Shown here: positions 1 to 8,440 of the stretch, one piece after another
How the letters are laid out: each line of letters opens with the position of its first letter
Numbering within the stretch: position 1 is the stretch's first letter
Made by a program: the position numbers and the translations under genes
Notes under the pieces: model-generated
Told to the model about the DNA's origin: nothing
Database searches by the model: none
The model's input: the letters and a program-made list of their open reading frames with translations, nothing else
DNA from: Meiothermus sp.
GTDB taxonomy: Bacteria; Deinococcota; Deinococci; Deinococcales; Thermaceae
NCBI GenBank assembly: GCA_036845585.1
Contig: DAIUDO010000002.1
Location: 1 to 39,326 of the forward strand
Reading direction: 5' to 3'
DNA length: 39,326 nt

Positions 1-79
1 TGAAGAACCACAGGCTGCCCTCGGGGTTGGGGGTGAAAAGCTCCACGTGGGCCAGCTGGGTAACCGCAGGCGGGTTCAT
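1..79 (-). CDS. VOC-family extradiol (catechol 2,3-type) dioxygenase, 5' fragment (runs off window)
   Basis: Manual translation from ATG at 79: MNPPAVTQLAHVELFTPNPEGSLWFF, parallel to DVAHLAHAELLTPRLEESLCFF of the 4453-5403 dioxygenase. ATGA overlap with the stop of 76..504. Confidence 0.75.
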   Translation of the reverse strand, partial: MNPPAVTQLAHVELFTPNPEGSLWFF

Positions 80-504
80 CGGGCCACCTCCTCGAGCCGG
101 CCTTCGCGCTCGAGCCGGGCTACCTCCTGGATCACCTCGGCCCCCCGGTTGGCCGCCGGCAGGCCCCGGAAGAGAAAGGCCAGCCCCACCACCGCGGAAA
201 GCTCCTCGTAGCTGGCCCCGGCCCGCCGGGCGGCGATGGCGTGCAGCCGGGCGGCGTCGGAGAGGTCCATCAGCAGCATCCCGAAGAGCAAGAGCTGGGC
301 GGTTTTGACGTCGAAGCAAGAGGGGTACATCAGCCGGGCCCGCAAGGCCTCCTGGAGGCGAAGGGTCTCGGGGTCCAGACGGGCCAGAAGGTCGGTGCGG
401 GCCTCGATGCGGGGGGGCACGAAGCCAATGAGCTCGCGGTAGCGCTGGCGCAGGGCCTCGAGCTCCGGAGCCTCCATGGCGTAATCGGGCAGGGGCTGGT
501 TCAT
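76..504 (-). CDS. carboxymuconolactone decarboxylase/AhpD-like (CMD) family protein, no CxxC
   Basis: 142 aa. FDVKTAQLLLFGML...LHAIAARRAGASYEEL matches the CMD family pattern. GGAGG RBS upstream. Confidence 0.75.
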   Translation of the reverse strand: MNQPLPDYAMEAPELEALRQRYRELIGFVPPRIEARTDLLARLDPETLRLQEALRARLMYPSCFDVKTAQLLLFGMLLMDLSDAARLHAIAARRAGASYEELSAVVGLAFLFRGLPAANRGAEVIQEVARLEREGRLEEVAR

Positions 505-583
505 CTATATGCCTCCGTAGAAAACGACTGGTTGCCTTGTGCTAGTTGCTAACTTAGGCGAGGGGAGGCCGGGGGGCAAGCCG

Positions 584-606
584 AGTGTTCGATATAGCTG
601 AACACT
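584..606. promoter_or_regulatory. putative IclR-type operator, GTTC-N9-GAAC (copy 1)
   Basis: Inverted repeat AGTGTTC-GATATAGCT-GAACACT. The same core occurs at 5479-5495, upstream of iclR. Confidence 0.55.
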
Positions 607-665
607 GCGGGCGGCTTTTCTGAAAAGCGGCCCAAGCTGCCTATGCAAGCGGAAAAAATCCATCT

Positions 666-1493
666 TCATGGCTGTTTATAGGACGCTTTGTAGTTTACAC
701 TATCTCCGTCAATATTGTCAACAATATTTCCGGCAATATCCCGCAGCCAGTTGGAACTGGCCCGGGCCATGTGCGGGGTCAGGCCCAGCTCCTCGAGCAT
801 GGTCGCGGCGGCTTTCATCTCCTCCCACCTTCGCCGGGCGTGGCGCTGGCTGCCCTCGATCAGCCGGTCGATGAGGGCGGCGTTGGCTTCCTCCAGGCTT
901 TGGGCGATGTTCTGCCGGGTCTCGGCCTCGAGGCCCAGCCGACGGGCGGCCTCGAGGGCTTCCCCGACCGCAGCGGCCAGCCCCTTGAAGAAGACGCTGC
1001 GCACCAGCTTGCGGGCGGCGGCTGCCCCGGGCTGCTGGCCCACCACCTGGAGGGGCATCCCCAGGGGAGCGAAAACAGCCGCGAAGGCCTCGGCCCCGCG
1101 GCCCGCGGCCAAGGCCGGGGTACGCAGTCCCTTGCCGGGTACCGGGCTCATCAGGGCCACATCGGCGAATAGGGCCCCAGTAGGCTCCACCACCTCAGCA
1201 AGCTGCTGTTTGAGCCGCGGGGCGGCGGTGTTGAGGTCGGCGAAGAGCTGGCCAGACTGCAAAGCAGGGGCCAGGGTCTGGGCCACCTCCAGGGCCACCC
1301 GGGCCCAGTTTACGCTGAGGATGACCTGGGCTCCCTGGATGGCCTCGAGCTCGCTCCCCACCCGTTCCACCCCGGCCGCGCTGCGCTGGGGGATGGGGTC
1401 GTACCCCCGCACCCTGAGGCCCAGGGCCGCCAGGTCGGCAGCCAGGGCGCTGCCGGCCTCGCCCAGTCCCAGCACCGCCACGGTAGGCTTCAT
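666..1493 (-). CDS. NAD(P)-dependent oxidoreductase, 6PGD/3-hydroxyisobutyrate dehydrogenase-like (DUF1932-type C-terminus)
   Basis: GLGEAG Rossmann motif, DLNTAAP, DVALMSPVP, ARKLVRSVFFKGL, HARRRWEEM. Confidence 0.8.
   Translation of the reverse strand: MKPTVAVLGLGEAGSALAADLAALGLRVRGYDPIPQRSAAGVERVGSELEAIQGAQVILSVNWARVALEVAQTLAPALQSGQLFADLNTAAPRLKQQLAEVVEPTGALFADVALMSPVPGKGLRTPALAAGRGAEAFAAVFAPLGMPLQVVGQQPGAAAARKLVRSVFFKGLAAAVGEALEAARRLGLEAETRQNIAQSLEEANAALIDRLIEGSQRHARRRWEEMKAAATMLEELGLTPHMARASSNWLRDIAGNIVDNIDGDSVNYKASYKQP
692..739 (-). promoter_or_regulatory. sigma70 promoter (TTGACA-18-TAAACT) overlapped by a putative GntR/FadR operator array (copy 1)
   Basis: Near-perfect palindrome AATATTGTCAACAATATT at 711-728 within three 12-bp TAT-N6-CAA units (701-736). 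Minus-strand -35 at 721-716 and -10 at 697-692. Confidence 0.6.
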
Positions 1494-2125
1494 GGCCTGA
1501 GCTCCTCCTCAACCAGCCCTCGCAGGCCGTAGCGGTCGATGGAGAGCACCCCCTGGCGGTATTCCTCCCGCAGCCCTTCCTCTCGCCGGGCCCGCTCCAG
1601 GGCCGCTTGCAGCACCGCTGGGGCGCGTTCGGCGGGAATAGCCACCGCTCCGTCGGCGTCCAGCACCACAATATCGCCGTTGCGGATAACGGCGCCGCCC
1701 ACCTCGAGGGCCACCCCCAGCCGGCCTGGGGTTTTGCGCTCGGCCCCTCGAGCCCGGATGTAGCGGGCCCAGACCGGCACCCCCAGGGCGGCCAGCTCCT
1801 CGGCGTCGCGCACCGCTGCGTCTACCAGCAGCCCTGCCACCCCCCGGGCCTTGGCCTGGGTGGCCAGGAGCTCCCCCACCAGGGCCACCGGTTCGGGCTG
1901 GGGCATGCCGATCACCAGCACCTCGCCGGGCTGGGCCACGGCCATGACCGCATGCACCATCAGGTTATCCCCCTGGGCACACAGCACCGTGCGGGCCGGG
2001 CCGGCCACCCGGCTATGGGGGGTGAGCTGGATCAGGGGCAGGTCTACCAGGCCTTCCCGTCCGCTGGCCTCGTAAACGGTAGCTACCCCTAGCTGGGCTA
2101 GGGTGTGCAGCGCTTCTGCGGTCAT
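1490..2125 (-). CDS. 4-carboxy-4-hydroxy-2-oxoadipate (HMG/CHA) aldolase, RraA/GalC/LigK family
   Basis: LGVATVYEA, AGPARTVLCAQGDNLMVH, GELLATQ, DAAVRD, GDIVVLDADG. 4-bp overlaps with neighbours. Confidence 0.85.
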   Translation of the reverse strand: MTAEALHTLAQLGVATVYEASGREGLVDLPLIQLTPHSRVAGPARTVLCAQGDNLMVHAVMAVAQPGEVLVIGMPQPEPVALVGELLATQAKARGVAGLLVDAAVRDAEELAALGVPVWARYIRARGAERKTPGRLGVALEVGGAVIRNGDIVVLDADGAVAIPAERAPAVLQAALERARREEGLREEYRQGVLSIDRYGLRGLVEEELRP

Positions 2126-2856
2126 GCCTCACCTCCAAAAAGAGCCTTCAGGTCGTGCACCACCTGGGGCAGCACCCGCTGGAAGGCCTCGGCCCGCTCG
2201 ATGCCCTTGTGGCCGCGGATGCGCCGGGCATGGTTGGCCCGGTGGGCGGCCCGCTCGGCGTAGTACTGCTGCAAGTAGGCCTGCGCGGCCATGGCGGCCA
2301 TGGCCTGCTGTTTTTGCGGCCAGACCGGGGTGATGTCCACGAAAACGTTGGGCACAAAGGCGCACAGCTCGGGCTGGTGGGGCTCAAACAGCCAGAACTC
2401 CGGGGGACGCACCGTGCGGAAGGCGCTGGCCACCCCGGCCCCGGTGGCCAGCTGCCGGGCTTTCTCGGTCAGGGTGTAGGCCTCGGGATGGTCGGGGTTG
2501 AAGGGGTCCTGGGGGGTGTGGGTGACCAGGAGATCGGGGGCGGTTTCCACGATGATCGCCACCAGCCGCTCCAGCGCGGCCGGGCCGGGGCGCAGCGGGT
2601 AGTCGCCCAGATCGAGGCACTCGAAGGAGGCCGCCAGGGCCACAGCGGCCTGGCTGGCCTCCCGGTGGCGGATGGCCTTGACCCGCTCCACGGTCTGGCC
2701 GGGTTCTTTCCACAACTCCCCCGACTCCCCCCGCTCCCCGTAGCTCAGGGCCACCACCCGGGCCTGGCCCCCCTCGGCGGTGAAGCGGGCGATGAGCCCT
2801 CCGGCCCGCCAGACGAAGTCGGCGGCGTGGGCACTGACCACCAGCAGCCGTTTCAC
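2122..2856 (-). CDS. galB: 4-oxalomesaconate hydratase, GalB-like (PIG-L family)
   Basis: LLVVSAHAADFVWRAGG, LSYGERGESGELWK, DPFNPDHP and FEPHQPE are GalB signatures. Confidence 0.8.
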   Translation of the reverse strand: MKRLLVVSAHAADFVWRAGGLIARFTAEGGQARVVALSYGERGESGELWKEPGQTVERVKAIRHREASQAAVALAASFECLDLGDYPLRPGPAALERLVAIIVETAPDLLVTHTPQDPFNPDHPEAYTLTEKARQLATGAGVASAFRTVRPPEFWLFEPHQPELCAFVPNVFVDITPVWPQKQQAMAAMAAQAYLQQYYAERAAHRANHARRIRGHKGIERAEAFQRVLPQVVHDLKALFGGEA

Positions 2857-3773
2857 GCCGTACCTCCCCGGGCCAGGCGGCGGGGGTTGTCTACGGCTAA
2901 GGTGCGCACCTCCTCGGGGGTGAAGCCCGCCTGGAGCAGCCGGTCGGCGAAGAGGGCCAGGCCGTCCTCCACCGGGGGGTTCTGCGGCTGGCCCAGGTCG
3001 GTGGAGAGGAAGTTCTGGGCCACCCCGGTCTCGCGGATGCCTTCAAAAAGGCGTTCCCAGGGCACCTTTTCGCTGTAAGAAGGAGCGAAGCAGCGCTCGA
3101 GGAAGGCCCCTTGCCGGGCCAGGTAGCGCTGCTCGTCTAAGGGAAGGTCCTGGGTGGGGTAGTCGGGGTGGGTGATGACCACCTGCCCTACCCCTTCCTC
3201 CCGGGCGGCTTCAAAAAGGGCCAGGATCTCCGCCCGCCCCAGGTGGCCGGTGGCCAGCACCAGCCGGTGCCGGGCCACCACCCGCAGCACCTGGCGCACC
3301 TCGGGGCGGACCCGCCCCCCCTCCAGAACCCCCAGCGGGGGCTGGGCTAAGCCAGCCTGGTGTAGCTCGAGCTGGAGCTTGGCCCACAGGGGCAGTTTGC
3401 GGCCCGGACTGGCCTGGGCCTCGTGGGCCTCGTTGGCCGCGTCCACGGTTGGCATCCAGATAAAGCGGGCCCCGCTGCGGGCGGCCAGCTCCACCGCCAG
3501 GGGGTTGAGGCCGCCTACCGCGTGGTTGAGCACCAAAGCCCCCAGCGCCTCCACCCCAGGCACCGCCTTGCGCACCACCGCGGCCCGTTCGGCGGTGGGG
3601 AAGTAGTGCGATTTGAGCACGAAGCCGGCCAGGCTCCGCTCGGCAAAGCGCCGGGCCAGCTCGAGGTCGCCGATGCGCCGGGGAATCACGTCGGGTTCTA
3701 CGTGCACGTGCAGGTCAAAGGCTCCGCGTACCAGGGCCAGGGCTTGGGCAGAGGGGGGAGGGGATGCGTTCAT
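2853..3773 (-). CDS. DUF6282-like metal-dependent TIM-barrel (amidohydrolase-like) protein
   Basis: FDLHVH, VLKSHY, VGGLNP, IWMPT, LATGHL, VITHP and LSTDLGQ metal-binding motifs. Confidence 0.7.
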   Translation of the reverse strand: MNASPPPSAQALALVRGAFDLHVHVEPDVIPRRIGDLELARRFAERSLAGFVLKSHYFPTAERAAVVRKAVPGVEALGALVLNHAVGGLNPLAVELAARSGARFIWMPTVDAANEAHEAQASPGRKLPLWAKLQLELHQAGLAQPPLGVLEGGRVRPEVRQVLRVVARHRLVLATGHLGRAEILALFEAAREEGVGQVVITHPDYPTQDLPLDEQRYLARQGAFLERCFAPSYSEKVPWERLFEGIRETGVAQNFLSTDLGQPQNPPVEDGLALFADRLLQAGFTPEEVRTLAVDNPRRLARGGTA

Positions 3774-4429
3774 GCGGGGCCTCCGGAGGGTTTTGAGCCT
3801 TTGACCTGGCGCAGGGCCTCGGCCACCTGGGTGAGGTGGACGAGCATGGCCTGGGCCGCGCCGGCCTCGTCGTGGGCGGCTACGGCCTCCAGGATGCGCC
3901 GGTGCTCCTCGAGCGAACGGGCCGCCCGGCCTGGCAGGAGCACGGTGCGAAACTGGTGCCGCACGTTCTGGGCCTGCAGGCTCTCGATGAGCCGGGCAGC
4001 GGTCTTATGGCGGGAGATGCGCAGAAGGGCTTGGTGGAACTGGCTGTTGAGTTCCGAGACCCCCAGCAGATCACCGGCTTCACGTCGCTGGCGCATCTCT
4101 TCCAGTAGCCTTTTTAGCCCGACTACCTCCTCTGGGGTGATGTACCGGGCGGCGTAGCGCACCGCCAGGCTCTCCAAAGCAGCGCGGGCCTCGAGGATCT
4201 CCACCGCCTCGGCCTCGTCCACCAGGCGTACCCGTGCCCCCCGGTAGGGCTCGCTCTCTACCAGGCCTTCTTGTTCCAGCCGGGCCAGCGCGGTGCGCAC
4301 CGCGGCCCGGCCTAGCTCGAAGCGGCGGGCCAGCTCGAGCTCCACCAGCCGTTCGTTGGGCAGCAGCTCGCCTTCCAGAATTGCTTTACGCAAGCGGGTG
4401 TAGGCGTCTTGGGCTTCGGTGGTTTTCAT
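3770..4429 (-). CDS. GntR (FadR/FCD) family transcriptional regulator
   Basis: wHTH AYTRLRKAILEGELLPNERLVELELARRFELGRAAVRTAL. FCD motifs NSQFH and EEHRRIL. Confidence 0.92.
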   Translation of the reverse strand: MKTTEAQDAYTRLRKAILEGELLPNERLVELELARRFELGRAAVRTALARLEQEGLVESEPYRGARVRLVDEAEAVEILEARAALESLAVRYAARYITPEEVVGLKRLLEEMRQRREAGDLLGVSELNSQFHQALLRISRHKTAARLIESLQAQNVRHQFRTVLLPGRAARSLEEHRRILEAVAAHDEAGAAQAMLVHLTQVAEALRQVKGSKPSGGPA

Positions 4430-4452
4430 ATCGCTAGGGTGAATCGGGGGGC

Positions 4453-5403
4453 TTATACCGGTGGGGTGCCGTAGGTGTGGAACGACTCGATGGTCTTGAG
4501 GCCCCAGGCCTGGCCGCGCTTGCGCTCCTCCTCGTTCCAGACGATGGGCTGCCAGTCGGGGGCAAGGAGCAGGCGGGCCCCGGGGTTGCAGACCTCAAAG
4601 CGGTTGCCCCCCGGCTCATACACATAGAGGAAAAAGGTCTGCTGGATGGCGTGCTTGTGGGGGCCGGTCTCAATGTAGACCCCGTGCTCGAGGCAGATGT
4701 CCGCTGCCCTTAGCACCTCCTCGCGGCTGTCCACCGCGTAGGTCAGGTGGTGGAAGCGGCCTCTGGCCCCGGTGTGGTCCAGGGTCATGGCCAGCTCGTA
4801 GGTCTTGTTGTTGGGGGTGAGCCAGGCCCCCTGTTCGCTGCCGTCGCGGAAGACGATCTGTTCGCTGAGGCGCAGCCCCAGGTACTCCTGGTAGAAGCGG
4901 CGGTTGGTGGCCACGTCCGAGACCAGCAGGTTGAGGTGGTCGAGGCGGCGCAGGTTGGCCCCTTTGGCGGGGAAGCGCGAGGCCTGGTTTTTCAGGGCGG
5001 GGCGGCTGCGCTCGTCGGGGCGGAACCACTCGGTCTCGTAGTAGAGCTCGATCAGGTGCCCATCGGGATCGGTAAAGCGGTAGGCCGGGCCGTGGCCGGG
5101 CTCCCCTTCATGCCAGCCCAGGCCCCACCCGGAGGCCTCCAGGGCGGCCACCCGCCGGGCCAGGGCCTCGGGGCCCTGGGCCCGAAAGGCCAGGTGGCCC
5201 AGGCCGGGCTGGGGGGCCGCGGTGAGCTTGAGGGTGTGGTGTTCGTAGTCGTCCCAGCCGCGCAGGTAAACCGAGTCGCCACGGCGGGCGCTGACGTAGA
5301 GGCCCATGACCTCGGTGAAGAAGCAGAGGCTCTCCTCGAGCCGGGGGGTGAGGAGCTCTGCGTGGGCCAGATGGGCAACATCGCACCAGGGGCTGTCTTG
5401 CAT
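4453..5403 (-). CDS. catechol 2,3-dioxygenase-type extradiol ring-cleavage dioxygenase (VOC family)
   Basis: RRLDHLNL, RFHHLTY, GPHKHAIQQTFFLYVYEPGGNRFE (His/His/Glu Fe ligands). Start ATG 5403 follows AAAGGAG; GTG 5424 is an alternative start. Confidence 0.92.
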   Translation of the reverse strand: MQDSPWCDVAHLAHAELLTPRLEESLCFFTEVMGLYVSARRGDSVYLRGWDDYEHHTLKLTAAPQPGLGHLAFRAQGPEALARRVAALEASGWGLGWHEGEPGHGPAYRFTDPDGHLIELYYETEWFRPDERSRPALKNQASRFPAKGANLRRLDHLNLLVSDVATNRRFYQEYLGLRLSEQIVFRDGSEQGAWLTPNNKTYELAMTLDHTGARGRFHHLTYAVDSREEVLRAADICLEHGVYIETGPHKHAIQQTFFLYVYEPGGNRFEVCNPGARLLLAPDWQPIVWNEEERKRGQAWGLKTIESFHTYGTPPV

Positions 5404-5428
5404 GGACTTTTGAACTCCTTTCACCTCG

Positions 5429-5473
5429 AAGCTACACTATCATCTACAAGATTGTCAACAATATAAAACGGAA
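5429..5473 (-). promoter_or_regulatory. sigma70 promoter (TTGACA-18-TAGCTT) overlapped by a putative GntR operator array (copy 2)
   Basis: ATTGTCAACAATAT at 5451-5464, preceded by TACACTATC as in copy 1. -35 at 5458-5453 and -10 at 5434-5429. Confidence 0.6.
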
Positions 5474-5478
5474 TCCCC

Positions 5479-5495
5479 GTTCGGTATATTGGAAC
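5479..5495. promoter_or_regulatory. putative IclR-type operator, GTTC-N9-GAAC (copy 2)
   Basis: GTTC-GGTATATTG-GAAC, 50 bp upstream of iclR. Confidence 0.55.
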
Positions 5496-5545
5496 AACCC
5501 CCTCCAGTTCACCGGCCCCACCGACTAGCCTAGGAGGTAAGGCCC

Positions 5546-6319
5546 ATGCTCGGAACGATCCGAAAGGTTGGAGAAGTGTTGGAGCTGTTCACCCAGGAAC
5601 AGCCGGAATGGGGCGTGAGCGAGGTGGCCCAGGCCCTGGGCCTACCCAAGTCCAGCGCCCATGCCCTGCTGGCCACCCTAACCCAGATAGGCCTTTTGCA
5701 CAAAACCCCAGAGGGGCGCTACCGGCTGGGCTGGCGGGTGCTGGCTTTGAGCCAGGTGCTGCTCAGCGCCAATGCCTGGCGCCTGGAGGCCCGGCGGGCT
5801 ATGGAGCGGCTGGTGGCCTGCTACGGTGAGACCACCCACCTGGCCACCTTGGAGGCCGGGCGGGTGGTGTATGTGGACAAGCTCGAGGGCACCCGGGCGG
5901 TGCGGGTCAACCTCACCCGGATAGGGGCGGAGCTGTACGCCCACTGCAGCGGGGTAGGCAAGGTGCTGCTGGCCTTCCGGCCCTGGCCGGAGGTCGAGCG
6001 GATCGTGGCCGAGAAGGGCCTGCCGGCCCTGACTCCCAACACCATCACCACCCCGGACGAGCTCAAAACCGAGCTTTTGCGGGTGCGCGAGCGGGGCTGC
6101 GCCTACGATATTGAGGAGGCCATGCCCGAGCTGTGCTGCGTGGCCGCGCCCATCCGCGACTACACCGGGGAGGTTGTGGCGGCCCTCAGCCTCTCGGTGC
6201 CCTTCTACCGCTTCCGCGAGCGCAAAGAGGCCTACCGCGAGGCGGTCTTGCAGGCCGCTGCGGAGGTCTCCGAGCGGCTGGGCTTTGTGGAGGAGGTGGC
6301 ATGGAAAAAGTCAAGGTAG
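5546..6319 (+). CDS. IclR family transcriptional regulator
   Basis: [57 protein letters not shown]. Confidence 0.95.
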   Translation: MLGTIRKVGEVLELFTQEQPEWGVSEVAQALGLPKSSAHALLATLTQIGLLHKTPEGRYRLGWRVLALSQVLLSANAWRLEARRAMERLVACYGETTHLATLEAGRVVYVDKLEGTRAVRVNLTRIGAELYAHCSGVGKVLLAFRPWPEVERIVAEKGLPALTPNTITTPDELKTELLRVRERGCAYDIEEAMPELCCVAAPIRDYTGEVVAALSLSVPFYRFRERKEAYREAVLQAAAEVSERLGFVEEVAWKKSR

Positions 6320-7206
6320 CCATCCTGGGCTCGGGCAATATCGGCACCGACCTGATGTACAAGCTCCTGAAGGCACCGGGCTTGATGGAGCTGGTGGCTT
6401 TGGTGGGCATCGACCCAGGCTCGGAGGGCCTGGCCCGGGCCCGGGCGCTGGGCCTGGAGGCCAGTGCGGAAGGGATCGACTACATCCTGGCCCGGCCAGA
6501 GATCCGGCTGGTCTTCGATGCCACCAGCGCCAAGGCCCATGTCCGCCACGCCAAGCTTCTCAAAGAGGCGGGAAAGATCGCCATCGACCTGACCCCCGCG
6601 GCCCGGGGACCTTACGTGGTGCCCCCGGTGAACCTGGGGGCGCACCTGGACGCCTTCAACGTCAACCTCATCACCTGTGGGGGCCAGGCCACCATCCCCC
6701 TGGTCTACGCGGTGCACCGGGTGGTCCCGGTACGCTACGCCGAGATGGTCTCTACCGTAGCCTCCAGGAGCGCCGGCCCCGGGACCCGGCAGAACATCGA
6801 CGAGTTCACCTTCACCACCGCCCGGGGCCTCGAGGCCATCGGCGGGGCCAGGCTGGGTAAGGCCATCATCATCCTCAACCCCGCCGATCCGCCCATCCTC
6901 ATGACCAACACCGTACGGGCCATCCCTTCAGAGGAGGAGTTTGACCGCGAGGCGGTGGTGGCCTCGGTGCGCCGGATGGAGGCCGAGGTCCAGGCCTACG
7001 TGCCGGGCTACCGGCTCAAGGCCGACCCCGTCTTTGAGCGCCTGCCCACCCCCTGGGGGGAGCGCACGGTGGTCTCGATGCTCCTCGAGGTGGAGGGGGC
7101 GGGGGACTACCTGCCCAGGTACGCCGGGAACCTCGACATCATGACCGCCTCGGCCCGGCGGGTAGGGGAGCTCTTTGCCCAGAAGCTGCTGGGGGTGGCG
7201 GCATGA
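6301..7206 (+). CDS. dmpF: acetaldehyde dehydrogenase (acylating), DmpF/MhpF
   Basis: [68 protein letters not shown] before ATG 6301. Confidence 0.95.
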   Translation: MEKVKVAILGSGNIGTDLMYKLLKAPGLMELVALVGIDPGSEGLARARALGLEASAEGIDYILARPEIRLVFDATSAKAHVRHAKLLKEAGKIAIDLTPAARGPYVVPPVNLGAHLDAFNVNLITCGGQATIPLVYAVHRVVPVRYAEMVSTVASRSAGPGTRQNIDEFTFTTARGLEAIGGARLGKAIIILNPADPPILMTNTVRAIPSEEEFDREAVVASVRRMEAEVQAYVPGYRLKADPVFERLPTPWGERTVVSMLLEVEGAGDYLPRYAGNLDIMTASARRVGELFAQKLLGVAA

Positions 7207-8243
7207 GCTGGAATCTCGAGAACGCCAAGCCTCCGGTAGTGGTGGATACCACTTTGCGCGATGGTTCCCATGCCCACCGCCACCAGTACACCCGGGAGGA
7301 GGTGCGGGCCATCGCCCAGGCCCTGGACGAGGGAGGGGTGTACGCCCTCGAGGTCTCCCACGGGGATGGCCTGGGGGGTAGCTCCATCCAGTACGGCTTT
7401 TCTTGGGTAAGCGAGATGGAGCTCATCGCCGAGGCCCGCGCCGCGGTCAAGCGGGCCAAGGTGGCGGCCCTGCTGCTTCCCGGCATCGGGACCCGCAAGG
7501 AGCTTAAAGAGGCCGTAGAGGCCGGGATCCAGATGGTGCGCATCGCCACCCAGTGCACCGAGGCGGACATCTCCGAGCAGCACTTCGGCATGGCCAAGGA
7601 GATGGGCCTCGAGGCGGTGGGCTTCCTGATGATGAGCCACATGCGCCCCCCGGGGTTCCTGGCCGAGCAGGCCCGGCTCATGGAGTCCTACGGGGCGGAT
7701 GTGGTCTATATCGTGGACTCCGCCGGGGCCATGCTGCCCGAGGACGCCTACCGGCGGGTCCGGGCCCTCAAGGAAGCCCTCTCCCGGGCCAGAGTGGGCT
7801 TCCATGCCCACAACAACCTGGGCCTGGCCATCGGGAACACCCTGGCCGCTTTGGCTGCCGGGGCGGACTGGGTGGACGGCACCCTCAGGGGCTACGGGGC
7901 CGGGGCGGGCAACGCCGCCACCGAGGTTCTGGCCGCAGTGCTGGACCGGCTGGGCTTGGCCGGGGAGCTGGCGGTCTTCCGCCTGCTGGAGACGGCCGAA
8001 AACGTGCTCCGGCCCATCCAGCACTTCCAGCCCTTCCCCGACCGCGACGCCATCGCCATCGGGTACGCTGGGGTCTACTCCACCTTTCTGCTCCATGCCA
8101 AGCGGATCGGGGTGGAGCTGGGGGTAGATCCTTTGGAGATTCTCCTCGAGCTGGGCCGGCGCCAGGCCGTGGCCGGCCAGGAAGACTGGATCCTGCGGGT
8201 AGCCTTGGAACTCAAGGAGAAGCAGGCCGTTGCCCTGGAGTAA
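7203..8243 (+). CDS. dmpG: 4-hydroxy-2-oxovalerate aldolase
   Basis: [52 protein letters not shown]. Confidence 0.95.
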   Translation: MSWNLENAKPPVVVDTTLRDGSHAHRHQYTREEVRAIAQALDEGGVYALEVSHGDGLGGSSIQYGFSWVSEMELIAEARAAVKRAKVAALLLPGIGTRKELKEAVEAGIQMVRIATQCTEADISEQHFGMAKEMGLEAVGFLMMSHMRPPGFLAEQARLMESYGADVVYIVDSAGAMLPEDAYRRVRALKEALSRARVGFHAHNNLGLAIGNTLAALAAGADWVDGTLRGYGAGAGNAATEVLAAVLDRLGLAGELAVFRLLETAENVLRPIQHFQPFPDRDAIAIGYAGVYSTFLLHAKRIGVELGVDPLEILLELGRRQAVAGQEDWILRVALELKEKQAVALE

Positions 8244-8245
8244 GT

Positions 8246-8440
8246 ATGCTGGTGATGAAGCTGACCCTACTGGAAGGACGCAGCAAGGAACAAAAGCAGA
8301 TCCTGGCCCGGAGGCTCACCCAGGCCGCCGCCCGGCACCTGGGCGAACGGGCCGAGACCATCCGGCTGATCCTATACGAGGTACCCCGGGCCCACTGGAT
8401 GGTGGGCGGGGTCTCCCTGGAGGAGCCAGATGGACGCTGA
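8246..8440 (+). CDS. 4-oxalocrotonate tautomerase, alpha-type subunit (no Pro-1)
   Basis: 64 aa MLVMKLTLLEGRSKEQKQILARRLT...IRLILYEVPRAHWMVGG. 4-OT pattern with both conserved Arg but no N-terminal Pro. Confidence 0.85.
   Translation: MLVMKLTLLEGRSKEQKQILARRLTQAAARHLGERAETIRLILYEVPRAHWMVGGVSLEEPDGR

Noticed and set aside
6133..6300. Long upstream starts in the ORF track for dmpF (also 7553, 9098, 18185, 22678, 24625, 37794)
   Set aside because: They overlap real upstream genes. Downstream ATGs have an RBS or -10 and match family N-termini.
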